The notes below the pieces were generated by a model, which did not search any database, was not told the origin of the DNA, and saw only the letters and a list, made by a program, of their open reading frames with translations. This document shows, piece after piece, positions 25,101 through 35,860 of a stretch of 64,000 bases of DNA. The DNA is taken from contig RDEW01000006.1 in NCBI GenBank assembly GCA_011109175.1, positions 1,113,989 to 1,177,988 on the forward strand, given 5' to 3'. Numbering within the stretch: position 1 is the first letter of the stretch; each line of letters opens with the position of its first letter. The translations under genes and the position numbers were made by a program. Origin of the DNA: Dicyema japonicum. Lineage: Eukaryota; Animalia; Dicyemida.

Positions 25101-26290
25101 CTAAAGGCCAACCTTGAACCTGACTAGTTCAATACAAGTTCGGGCATCAGTTAAACTGTCATGTCCTCTACTATCTGCTGTGATATGACCAAACAACCAT
25201 TTTGTATCATTTTATTCAAGTAGGTAAGAGCCAAATACCTGAGGGAATTCCTACAAGAAGGTCCCGATTTGTGTGGAAATAGAGCAGAAGTGTCCACCAC
25301 GGTTTCGTGTACAAGCTAAATTTTCAAAAACCATTTACTTTAATGGCAACAAAGTCATTATGCATACTGTGCCCAACTAGAATTGAATTACTACAAAGAA
25401 GATTCAAATCATATTCTGAACATCTTTGAATGTCGTCCTTGTTTCCTTTAATATCTCTTCTGTGATCCCACTGAATCTAATACTAAACAAACCACGTGAC
25501 TTTGTATTATAATCTATTATTTTCCCCACAGGAAGCACATAGGAATCATAAACCAACTGGAGGTTGTGGTCCACTAAGGTTAGCCTCCCTAATTCAATTC
25601 CATTTGTTGTGTAAATCATTTCACAGTCAATCCCATAAATTCCACATTTACAACTTCCTCCACGACAATCTGAGGAAGTCACATAGCCAGTTGTCTCCGC
25701 ACCCTGGTACACGTGGTACTAAATGTAAAAGAAATCAAACTAATGCTGATGAACAAGGGATAGCCCATCTCAAACTGGAGTTGCAACATGAATAATTTGG
25801 ATAGATACTTCTGTTGTACTTGTAAGGATGATAATGACACATGGGTGTGCGTGGCTCAGTCTTATAGTGTTCATCTATATAAAAACTGTCTCCACAGCGA
25901 CGACACAAACCCATTCCATTCGCATTCTTAACTGAAATTATTAAAAAACTACCTTGTGGACAATATTTGCAGTTCATGAACATCACAGTCTCAGGATCAT
26001 TTATGCGGAAAGTTGGATAACCAAATATCATTAGACGATCGAATGATAAAACGTGAATACTTAACTTGTCTCTAAGCAGTCTCCCTAAGAAATCCTAAAA
26101 TAAGAAGACAGTCAATAAATTCCACATTTTTAACATCTTCGTTATTGAGATTGTAGGTGTTTCTAACAGACATGTGATTTTCGGTCGAGTCAACGCATTT
26201 CACTTTTATTATTGTGGTTTTGATAATTTTTACGTTTGACTTATCAAAATGGGCATAGACCACAGACAATTTGATTTTCGATGGAATCAC
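25101..26290 (-). CDS. REXO1: REXO1/REX1-like DEDDh RNA exonuclease, multi-exon (5' end uncertain)
   Basis: CRRCG..CHYH..YSCC (REXO1 domain), [69 protein letters not shown]. Stop at 25101. Confidence 0.85.
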
Positions 26291-27159
26291 AGTTTAAGAG
26301 ATATTATGATATTGGTTTGGAAATATTAACTTTTGGTTACGGAAACCATCAAAATAGCAAAAAATAAACTATCATCAAATTAGAAAATAATAAAATTCAA
26401 TGTTTGATTTTTATTAGTCAATTATATGAGGTTGAGGTTTATTTCAAACGATTAACAAAATAGTCAATTATAACCACAATGAAATTTACTTATTTGGCAT
26501 CGAGGGTGCATTGGAAACAACCGTTGGGTGGATTTGAAAAATTTACTCATCAAAAATTTCTTCAATAATGAATACAATCACGATTGGAGATTGTAACGCA
26601 AAACATACTGAATATGGTTAAATCAAATAGGAATTGAAATTCTTTTTGGAAAAACTCATTCACATTCATCAACAGATTGGAGATATCTGATTATTATGTC
26701 AAAATGTGTGACTATGCGATTGGCCTTATTTGGAAAGTGATATAAAAAGTGATCATCTCTAACAAACTATGGGTTACCGACATGTCCTGTCTATTCATGA
26801 ATTATCTTTTGGATACCAGGAATTTTGATAGCAGTGACGGCACGACGGAATGAGGCTTTGGTCATCTGAAGACCTGACTTCTTTGTCCGCTGGAGATTTA
26901 TGGCTTCGTCTTAACAAATTCAATTATCTCACTTATGAACCGGATTTTGTATGTAAGATTTCTCGATATACTCCACCACGTCCTGTTCTCTGCCATTCTG
27001 ATCGCTTTCAATAAGCAGTGAGGCCGAGTGCGATCGAGTTTGTCCTCAGGACGTTGGCTGCCAAGATTTCCTCTCGATATAATTTTTAGGACATTTTAAA
27101 ACCGAAATAGTACAATTGGGACATCTTAGAAAAAATTAATTAATTTATTAACCCTGGAT

Positions 27160-27448
27160 ACACCGAGAAAGAAGTTAAAGTAACCAACTAATTAAGTGTA
27201 TCCAGTTTCCACTTCTACAGAGTCCATCCGGAATCTAAAGGGTAAAAGACTTCCATAGTTGCAGTTGTGGAAACCCCTCCAGTGGAGTGGGGGAGAGCAA
27301 ATGATCCTTTTTCATGCCGGCCTGGCACTGGGCGTCACCTAGACAGGTGGATCACATGACGCCACTCTAATGAGAAGAGAGAGGAGGAACAGACAAGCAA
27401 GCAGAAAACTTGAACCAATTAACCACGCAGCACCACATGGCGCCACGC
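27160..27448 (-). mobile_element. ~290-bp non-autonomous Ingi/Vingi derivative (leader + HDV-like fold + 3' tail)
   Basis: Reverse-complement homologue of 35571-35860. HDV-like fold at 27300-27364; tail GTGTATCCAGGGTTAATAAA. Confidence 0.8.
27300..27364 (-). ncRNA. HDV-like ribozyme fold (catalytic C position is T in this copy)
   Basis: GGCGTC-A-TGTGATCC-ACC-TGTCTA-GGT-GACGCC-CAG-TGCC(AGGCC)GGCA-TGAAAAA-GGATCATT. Confidence 0.7.
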
Positions 27449-27473
27449 GGATATAGGCCAATCTCAAATAATA

Positions 27474-28729
27474 CACTTAATCCCTTAATTGTTGACCCAA
27501 TTCCCATTAATGTTGACCCAATTCCATTAATGTTGACCCAATTCACACAAATGTTGACCTAATTCCCATAAATGATGTCCAAGTTATATATATAAATAAT
27601 ACACGAATAAATCTATATTTTAATTTCCCCTATTATGGTATCAACTAATACAGATATGAGAAGTCGCAAGGTTTTTATGAACGAAAGTCTATTTAATCAA
27701 ATTAAAAGACTTTACAAAGTTAAAACAAAAAAAGAGTTGATTGAGATCACTTCGATCAGTAAAAAGAGTTTGAACAGGTGTATACAAAAGATTGAAAGCT
27801 GTGGACTCGAGGATCCTTCTTTCGGTGATCTTTACAAGACAGTAGGCCGAAAAAAGAAAGATAAAGAAATGTTGAATGTCGAAATGAGATCTATTTTTGG
27901 AAATGACAACTCGCTGACACAAGTTGGTCTTCAAGAAAAACTTTCAGTGAATCTTTCTAAGTCTCAAATTTCAAGAGATTTAAAGGAGGCCTGCATCACA
28001 AGAAAAAGACTCAAGAAAAGGTCCGAAGTTAGATTGAGTACAGAAAATTTAGCAGAAAGGGAAGTATTTTCATCAAGAATGTTAGGGTCTATAAATAGGC
28101 CGTTATTATTTTTGGATGAAACCGGGTTTAATTTGCATACATCAATTAATTATGGGTATTCCCCAATTAATACTGAAGCAGTTTTGTACCAGACTAAGTC
28201 TAAAGGGAGAAACATCTCAATGTGTTCGGTTATTTCCATAAATGGGAATGAGCATAATATGATATTCGAGGGATCTTTTAATCGGGAATCATTTTTAACT
28301 TTTCTAAATCAATGTGATGAAAAGGGGATATTTACAAATTCTCCTGTTGTTGTGATGGATAATGTTAGATTTCATCATTGTGATGAAATCAAAGACTTCT
28401 TTATTAGGAAAAGTGTTACAACAGTTTATTTACCCCCTTATTCACCTGACCTGAACCCAATTGAAAACTTTTTTTCTCGTGTGAAATCTCGTCTAAATGT
28501 AATTAGACCAAAAGCAACTGTAAGAGAGAATTGCTAACAAATATCGAATTTGTTATGAGTGGTCTCGAAACCGAGGATTTGTCCTCATATTACAACAGTT
28601 TTTGGGAAAGGGTAAATGGAATTAATAACAGATTAATTGAATAAAATACTTTTTTCCTAAATTATTTATTAGTATAATATATATAACTTGGACATATGGG
28701 AATTGGGTCATCATTTATGGGATTGAGTG
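27474..28729 (+). mobile_element. Tc1/IS630-like DD34E DNA transposon with both TIRs and TA TSD; transposase 27635-28643 with a late frameshift
   Basis: LFLDETGF..VMDNVRFHH..YSPDLNPIE, with 34 aa between D2 and E. Ends TA|CACTTAATCCC.. and ..GGGATTGAGTG|TA. ~21-bp subterminal repeats on both ends. Confidence 0.92.
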
Positions 28730-28859
28730 TAAGAAAAAATAAGACAATTATATTTTTTCAAATTATTTTGTATTTTTGTGTTTAACTATAAACAAAATAT
28801 CACAAATACTTAATCTAATTATTCTCAAAAATAACCTAATGATGAGGAGACACCCGCCA

Positions 28860-29220
28860 CAACGGTTTGGGCGGATGCAGTGGTATCCTGGTAAATGCGG
28901 CATAGGTGATAGAGTAAGTCTGCTTTCTTTAAGCAAAATCAAGTAAATGTTCTTTTGTCTATGAAAGACCGCAGTTCAAAGATTTTGCTTTTGATTCCGT
29001 TGATGTTTAAAAATTGAAAGTTGGCGGCTGGATTAAGTTCTATATCACTGGCGAGAATTATTAGAATCACAGTCATTCGAGGCAGATTAAGAAGGGGAAA
29101 AGGCCGTCGTCCGAAGAATCCTTTGTCAACTGGGGTAGCTAACGGTCCTTTTTCGCGGTGCATTAGGTGCACCCTGAGCGCCTCCAGAACTTTCATAACT
29201 GGTAGACCACATGATGCCAC
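28860..29220 (-). mobile_element. 5' end of an Ingi/Vingi-like LINE (HDV-like fold, degenerate 2A, APE start)
   Basis: ILIILASDIELNPAANFQFLNINGIKSK (NPGP with GP lost). Fold at 29141-29219 includes a perfect P4, GGTGCA-CCTAA-TGCACC, and J4/2 CGAAAAA. Confidence 0.8.
29141..29219 (-). ncRNA. HDV-like ribozyme fold with enlarged L3
   Basis: GGCATC-A-TGTGGTCT-ACC..TGGA-GGCGCT-CAG-GGTGCA(CCTAA)TGCACC-G-CGAAAAA-GGACCGT. Confidence 0.65.
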
Positions 29221-29892
29221 GTTTTATATTACAATAAAATCTTTCTATAGTCTTAGTGCAAGATTAATCATAAGAATTTTTGTAATTTAAAATGTTTTTC
29301 TCAAAATAAATATTTATTTAAATTAAATATTTCAAATTTTGCATGTCTGCATGTATTCTTATGTTGGTTTGTCCGTCTTGATTGACTGTTGATGTAACAG
29401 TTAGCTTTATGCGGAAACATTATTTTTGGTTTTAACGCAATTTTCTTTGAATGCTGTAGTTCTTGCCAAATACAGTTAATTAGTCTTTAATTGTTCTAAA
29501 TTGACTTTGTGATGGTCTAGGTTAGTGATTAGGATGTCACACTTGATTCGATTACCCCCATTGGTTGCTTGATCGAAGATTCCTCTGCTTCCTATCTCCC
29601 TTATTCCACTAGGCTTTTTAATTCTGATCCTCCTGCTTTAGATAACCTCAATTGCCAGAATAAAACGAAAATAATAATTTGCTCCATTACTGTACTGAGG
29701 GTTTCCCACAACTATTAAGACTGAATGTGTCTTCCTTTGGTTGTGGATGCGATTATGTGATATTGTGAGGTCTGGACATATTTGATTAATTGCTAACTAT
29801 TAAATTGATTAATTGTTAACTATTAAATTGAGATAAAATTATTTTAAGAAAATTTTGCCCTATGTCAATCAGTCAATAATTGTTTGTACTTA

Positions 29893-30325
29893 GGGTCATG
29901 GGTATATCGTGCCTTCTGGCTGAACTTTACGTATGATGACATCGGATCTTAAGGTCGTGGATTCGAATCCGAAAGATAGAATTATCAGAGAAGGTCAATT
30001 CCTGTCAAACAGATCCCACCCGTGAGGCGATGAGTCCTTCTAGCACGACACAGTAGTTGAAAGGGATCTTCCTACCATCTCCCTTACCGAATACTCTGGT
30101 GAAGATTACATTATGAAAACCATTCCGACGATGAATGAAGTAATGTCCACGACAGTAGGACGTGTGATGAAAATGGAAGATAATGGACCTACTTCTCCAC
30201 TTCTTTTCTGAATCGGAACCCTGCAATGTACTATTGGAGATAGATTTGGTCGGCTAAGCAGATGTTCTCCCTTGTGTTCCTCCCTTGGTTAATAAATTTT
30301 GACTGTTTGTGCTGGGCTTACCAAA
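29893..30325 (+). repeat. ~430-bp SINE-like repeat, copy 2, with a tRNA-like B box
   Basis: Homologous to 8321-8726. Carries an extra AAGGTCGTGGATTCGAATCC (B-box-like, ~29951-29970) that copy 1 lacks. Confidence 0.8.
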
Positions 30326-31109
30326 ATTTGTAAGCCTGGGGTTAACAATAATGGGCATGTCGTCTTCAAATCGAAGACGTTTTTATACCTGATGTCAAAT
30401 ATGGGAGATGTGAAATTACATCCTGGCATAAATTGCAGTACACAATGATTTGAAACGTTTCGGCTCAGGTAAGTTTTTTTTTGTTAGACCATATCTGCTT
30501 AAGTTTGTTTAGGGCGATTGGTGATAGCCTTTTTCCGTTTTTCAGTTCCTCGTCGTTTGGAATTCCAGCCGCCTGCGACAAAAATTAGTCTGCACAAACA
30601 GAGTTTAGAATATATTTAAAACAGACTCTGATCAAAATCATCAAGTTCATCTATTGAAGTTGTTACTCTTCTTGATGCTTATTTGCAAAATTGAAAGTTG
30701 GTGGCCTGGATTAAGGGGGTACGAGAAAGGAGCACCGGGAAAGAATGAGGATTTTGGCGGAACGCATCGGGATCACGTGATAGTTAGTTTTGATTTTACC
30801 GTGGTCTTGGGTGTTAAAAAATAATCTTTTTACTGGTGAGCATATACATTAATGGAAGACTTTTTATATGATTTAATATGATAGTGATTCTGTTTTGGTT
30901 GAGGTAATGACGTCCTTGTCTAGAAAGGACACTCACACAAGAAAAAGAAAAAAAAAGAAGTGAAGATCATTCCTTGGTTCTACGATTAGTTAAAATTAAT
31001 TGTTCTTTACTTAAATAAAGTGTGTGTCCTGCCTATGCGGAGCTATAAAATACTATGGCTCTCGTGAAAAGGCTTTATTATTATTATTAATGACGTCCCT
31101 CATTATGTC

Positions 31110-31830
31110 TAATACACACCCTAGAGAACTCGTGCTAGTTACATTCAATGTGAAGGAAATTGTCACCTTAGTACAAAGGACAAACTGACGGAGGACCTTA
31201 GTCATTATGAAGTTTCTGTAGCCTGCCTTCAAGATACAAAAATAAAAAAAAGAGTTAAAGTCCTGGGAGCATACAGAGTTATACTGGTAGAACCAGAACG
31301 CAGACACTGTACAGGGATTTGCTATTCATCGCTGTTATGCCAATACGATTCACAGATGTTGGAGTGTAAGTGACAGGATCTCGGTCATTCAACTGAAGTT
31401 GGGCAAAACGTTGACTACGGTTATTAACACATAGCAATGAAGTGTCCAGATGAAGTTGAATACTTCTACACTGACCCGAGATGACCATGGACGATATTCG
31501 TGCTTCCCCCTCATTTTTCTTGACGGTGACTGGGACGCAAATTTTGGAACACGTAGTACGGACGAAAACTACATCGGAACCCATAGTAAAGGGAAGAGAA
31601 ATTCTAATGGTACTGTATTCGCAGGTTTCTGCTGTGCATTTGACCTCTTTCTGTGCAATACGGCATTCAAACAAGGAACATGACAACATGAGTCAAATAG
31701 ATAAAAAATCTGAATAGAGAGATAGTTCCGATTTACAATCAAATTGATTATATACGGTGTAAGCGTGATTTCAACTGCATGCTTATGGACTCGCGATCTT
31801 ATGGAGGGTTCACGGCAAATTCGTCTAATT
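31110..31830 (+). mobile_element. RTE APE-domain fragment
   Basis: VTFNVKE..CLQD..QGFA..DRISVIQ..DGDWDANFG..NTAFKQ..QIDYI, homologous to the 5' half of the 4580-7573 element. Confidence 0.75.
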
Positions 31831-33435
31831 AACAATTCGTCTTGTTTTGGTTGTCAAATTACATATGAGCCCAATGTAGTAATTATAAGGATAAAGTATG
31901 TTCATTTATGACTGAACATGTTAAGAGTTCAATATTGTATTTTCTAGACTGTCCTCTTTTTGGCTCCCTTACTCACGGAAGCTGCGACCCGTAGTCGCGG
32001 AACAGGATTCCTTCAAGTCTGGAAGGAGGACAGATTTGTCTCCTACCTTATTCAACTTGCATCTAAGTGATATTCCAACCAATTCTAAGACACTTCTCAT
32101 GCAGATGACCTGATTATCGCTTCTGAAGACAATGACGTTAACGAAGCAACGAAGAATTTTCAGAACCACTTGAACTCTCTTGAAGACTGGCTTGGAGCTA
32201 ATCGCCTCTCCGTCAAAATCCACCACACTATTCACATTGTAATGCTTCCAACTAAATTTTCAGCCGATTTTAACAATTCATGGACAAACACTCCTTGTTA
32301 CGAAATATCCCTAAATACTTGGAATCATTTCGACCATCCAATGACTTCTCAAAACATGTAAAAGAATAATGCACTAAAACCTCTCGCAATACTTTTTTGG
32401 ATAAAGCAAAGAGGCCCTAGGGAATCAAACATCCTTCCAACTGGAGACCATTTGGAAATGAGAGCTCTGTAGTTCTTTTCCCAAGCCTACAACCCAGACC
32501 CTGTCACTCTCCATGCAAAATCAAAACAAAATAAAAATTATAATGACAACCAGTGACCTGTCTCTTTCCAACCACATGTTTAGTCTGTCAATCAAAGTTT
32601 GTAAGCTTCTTGGTACACAATCCATTTAAGCAAAGTCCAGACTCAATCCGAGGTAGGAACATAAGAATGAGTCGACCAAACACTGCAACTTGCGGGGAAT
32701 GACAATTTTTTCAACAAGAAAAGCCTATTCTCCATGACAAAATTGGTAGGCTATTTCAAACCTATTCCCCGAAACCCTGATTGGGAGCAAACCTTGAGAC
32801 CTGACAATATTGTCTTTAGCCATCTAAGGTCCTTCATAGATTTGGGATAATCAGAATCGTGGAAAAAAAACTTTCTTGGGGACAAAAATGTTATTTTTCA
32901 TTAGGAAAAGGAGATATGATTTTCAAGAGGTTTAAGTTTTTCCGTAATGACCGAAACGAATCGACCTTTTTCCTCATAAACTTTTCAAACTCATAGTGGG
33001 CATATATAACTCAAATATCCTTGCACCAGGAAGCAAATAGAAAATGAAAACGCTAAACGTCTGAAAAAATTCCCTACGGAAATAAGGTTGATACTTCTGT
33101 CTGGTTTGTTGAATGCATATAAAAGAGCAATCAAGACACAGTGAAACTACTGATAAGACAGCATCAATATGGAATATTGGCCTGTTTTGTGACGGAGTTC
33201 AAGGTTGTGGCCAAATAGGAGGCAATTGATTCAATAGATGTCCCCTTCGATGAGCTTTGCTTCTATTATTTTCAGTAGATTGTTGCGGACTCCAAACGAC
33301 CCTTCAAGCACGTCTGAATTTAGAATGATGTGATATTGTGCTGGCGATGATGAGAGGTAACTCCCATTGGTGCTAAATGCCTGCGATAGCCTTGTAATAA
33401 TTTACTAATTTCCATAAAGAATAAAGTCAAAATAA

Positions 33436-34640
33436 TTAATAATATTGTGTAGAATTTCCATTCCATTTAGGTTCAGTCTCTCTATCATTATTATTGGAAG
33501 TAGTAAACATTCCACTCACTATAGAATACACATAATTGGGGACATAAAACAACCAATCAATACAAATTCTACCAAATTTGTACATCCTCACAATTGCACC
33601 TTCCTATAATAAATACACAACATTACTGGTTGTGGAGAATGTACAGTAGACACATGCATTACAATAGAACAGGCCTTTATTACATCATCAAATGATCTTT
33701 CTTCTAGTTTTGTTATTTTAAGAGATATTGGATGACCCACATTAATCACAACATTACCACCAAACTCCTATCTTATTATTTAAATTAATACAGCTTCTAT
33801 TAAACTGTAAGCTTGACTCAGTTTGTCCTTTCTACTAAATTCATGTCTTAGACTTCTTCCATCAGGTAGTCTGAACATCACGTTTATTATGTCCCCCTCT
33901 TAAAAACTACATTATCGCCCTCTTTTCGTGGAATAATTGTCTCCTTCTCTTTCAGTCTTTTTGTAACACGTAACTCCTTTTCTTTTCTAACTAAATCTTC
34001 TAATCTCCTCCTATATTCATCTTCTTCAGCTTTTTCTCTCTTCAATTGCTCTATTCTATACTTTTCCGCCTTCTCTTCTAATTCTTTTCTAATATTTGAC
34101 TGTTCAATGCCATCCTTCCGTCTTCTCAACTCATTTTCACCTTCACTAACTCCGCTAATATTAATTAAAAAATAACCTTATTTTAGGTTGAGAAGAAACT
34201 GTTAATGTAAACCTGGTCGAGAAAAAGGTCTAATAATAAAAAAATCAGTAATACTCTAAAGATTCTAACAATAGAACGCATAAATGAGGAAGAGTCACCC
34301 ACGTGATCAACTATTTGACCGACTGATACCCCATCCTTATCAACAAATTGTAAACTGGGGACCTTACAACTAGAAAGATGGTTTATAAAAGAAGGCAATG
34401 AATCCCTAATAATAAAGTGAATTGATTACATAGAGTATTTAACAATAAGTGACCTATTTGCTTCAGTAATAGTATATACTCCCTGTTGGTTAAGCATATC
34501 AATAATAGACAGTGAAAAGTCAGTGTCATCTGTAGTAATATTGTAAATATACCTGATATAAATATAATTAGTAATGAATTATTAGATTTTATATATTCTA
34601 AAGCATTTTCAATTGTTCCACAATAAAACACTCCTGACAT
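33436..34640 (-). CDS. UBXN4: UBX domain protein 4 (erasin)-like, multi-exon
   Basis: N-terminus FYCGTIENAL..LLIIFISG, VPSLQFVDKDG, a coiled coil, UBX (RLPDGRSLRHEF), a hydrophobic segment and the C-terminal signature WNGNSTQ. Confidence 0.85.
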
Positions 34641-34713
34641 ATTAATTTTTTAATTTATTTTAATAAAATAAATTAATGATCAATTTACAAAATGAATTTA
34701 ATTTTTTAATTAC

Positions 34714-35490
34714 AGGAAAGAAATTGGGATGACATTGTCTGCTCCAAAATTTTGAAAGACCTTAAGAAAGAAGCAAATCAACATCGTCTGGCTTGTTTGG
34801 TGTCAGCTTCAAGTCGAGGGAGTGGAGCATGGCTTGGTGCAATACCTTGCCCAAACCTCGGGACCTTTTTGGACGACGATTCTTTGAGGATTGGAATCGG
34901 ACAAAGGCTGGGACTAGACGTTTGCCAGGAGCACCGATGCCGATGCGGGAAAACAGTCGATGTGAAAGGATTGCACCCGTTGTCCTGCAGAAGAAGCGCC
35001 GGAAGGGGACCACGTCATGCCGCTCTGAATGATGTGATCGTCAGAGCTCTGAAGGCTTCAGGCTTCCCAGCACAGCTTGAACCAGTGGGTCTTGATCGAG
35101 GAGATGGGAAGAGACCTGACGGGATGACCCTTTTCCCCTTCACGTCTGGAAGATCTTTGGTCTGGGACGCAACTTGCATAGACACGTTCTCAAGCACGAA
35201 CATTTTTAAATCGGTTCAGACACCTGGAGCAGCTGCTTCGACCGCGGAAAACTTAAAAATCAAGAAATATTCTTGCCTCGGGGATCGCTATTGATTTACT
35301 CCTGTTGCGACCGAATCATCGGGAGCCGTTGGTCCAATGACGGCTGAATTCTTGCAAGAACTCGGAGGATTGCTTGCCAGAAAGAAAAGGGATCAACGAG
35401 AAGGGTTATGGCTAAGACAAAAGATTGGAATAGCCATACTCCGAGGGAACTCGTTCGCAATCCACGCAGCAGGCTTCCTCAACTGACATT
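34714..35490 (+). mobile_element. 3' end of an RLE-type (CRE-like) non-LTR retrotransposon
   Basis: SGAWL..RLG..CRCG..HPLSC..RHAALN (CCHC knuckle), then KRPDG..WD.T (PD-(D/E)xK endonuclease) and ..ILRGN, followed by an A-rich tail. Confidence 0.85.
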
Positions 35491-35570
35491 TGTTTAATTG
35501 TTAAAAAAAATTTTTATTTAAAAAAAAATTACAGGAATCATAAGAATAAAATTGATTATCATATCGCCGA

Positions 35571-35860
35571 GTGGCGTCATGTGATGCAACGTGGCTAATT
35601 GGTTTAAGTTTTCTGTTTGTTTTGCCTGTTCCTCCTATTTCCTTTCTAGTAGAGTGGCGTCATGTGATCCACCTTTCTCAGGTGGCGCCCAGTGACAGGC
35701 TGGCACGAAAAAGGACATTTGCTCTCCTCACTCCATTAGAGAGGGTTTCCCAACTGCAAGTAATGGACGTCTACGCTGGTTTCTGTAGGAGTGGAAACTG
35801 GCTACACTTAACTTGTTTACTTTTAACTTCTCTCTTTGTGTATCTGGGGTTAATAAATTA
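35571..35860 (+). mobile_element. ~290-bp non-autonomous Ingi/Vingi derivative
   Basis: Leader + pyrimidine tract + HDV-like fold (35655-35719) + GGAAACTGGCTACACTTAA + TGTATCTGGGGTTAATAAA. Sister copy of 27160-27448. A degenerate partial leader follows at ~35885-35960. Confidence 0.8.
35655..35719 (+). ncRNA. HDV-like ribozyme fold, best-conserved core
   Basis: GGCGTC-A-TGTGATCC-ACC-TTTCTCA-GGT-GGCGCC-CAG-(weak P4)-CGAAAAA-GGACAT. 7-nt L3, possible P1.1 (CT/AG), catalytic-position C present. Confidence 0.7.

Noticed and set aside
27474-27590. Short regularly spaced repeats resembling a CRISPR array
   Set aside because: No unique spacers; the units are tandem and mirrored at the other end of the Tc1-like element, so they are subterminal repeats. 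The context is eukaryotic.
29940-29975. tRNA gene
   Set aside because: Only a T-arm/B-box-like stretch; no acceptor, D or anticodon stems could be drawn. It lies inside a dispersed repeat.
30011-30069. Canonical hammerhead ribozyme
   Set aside because: The core reads CGATGA rather than CTGANGA, there is no UH triplet and stem II is not convincing. Kept only as a weak note.
33000-33415. Possible small gene downstream of UBXN4
   Set aside because: An ATG lies at 33415, but no frame or splice model gave a recognisable protein.
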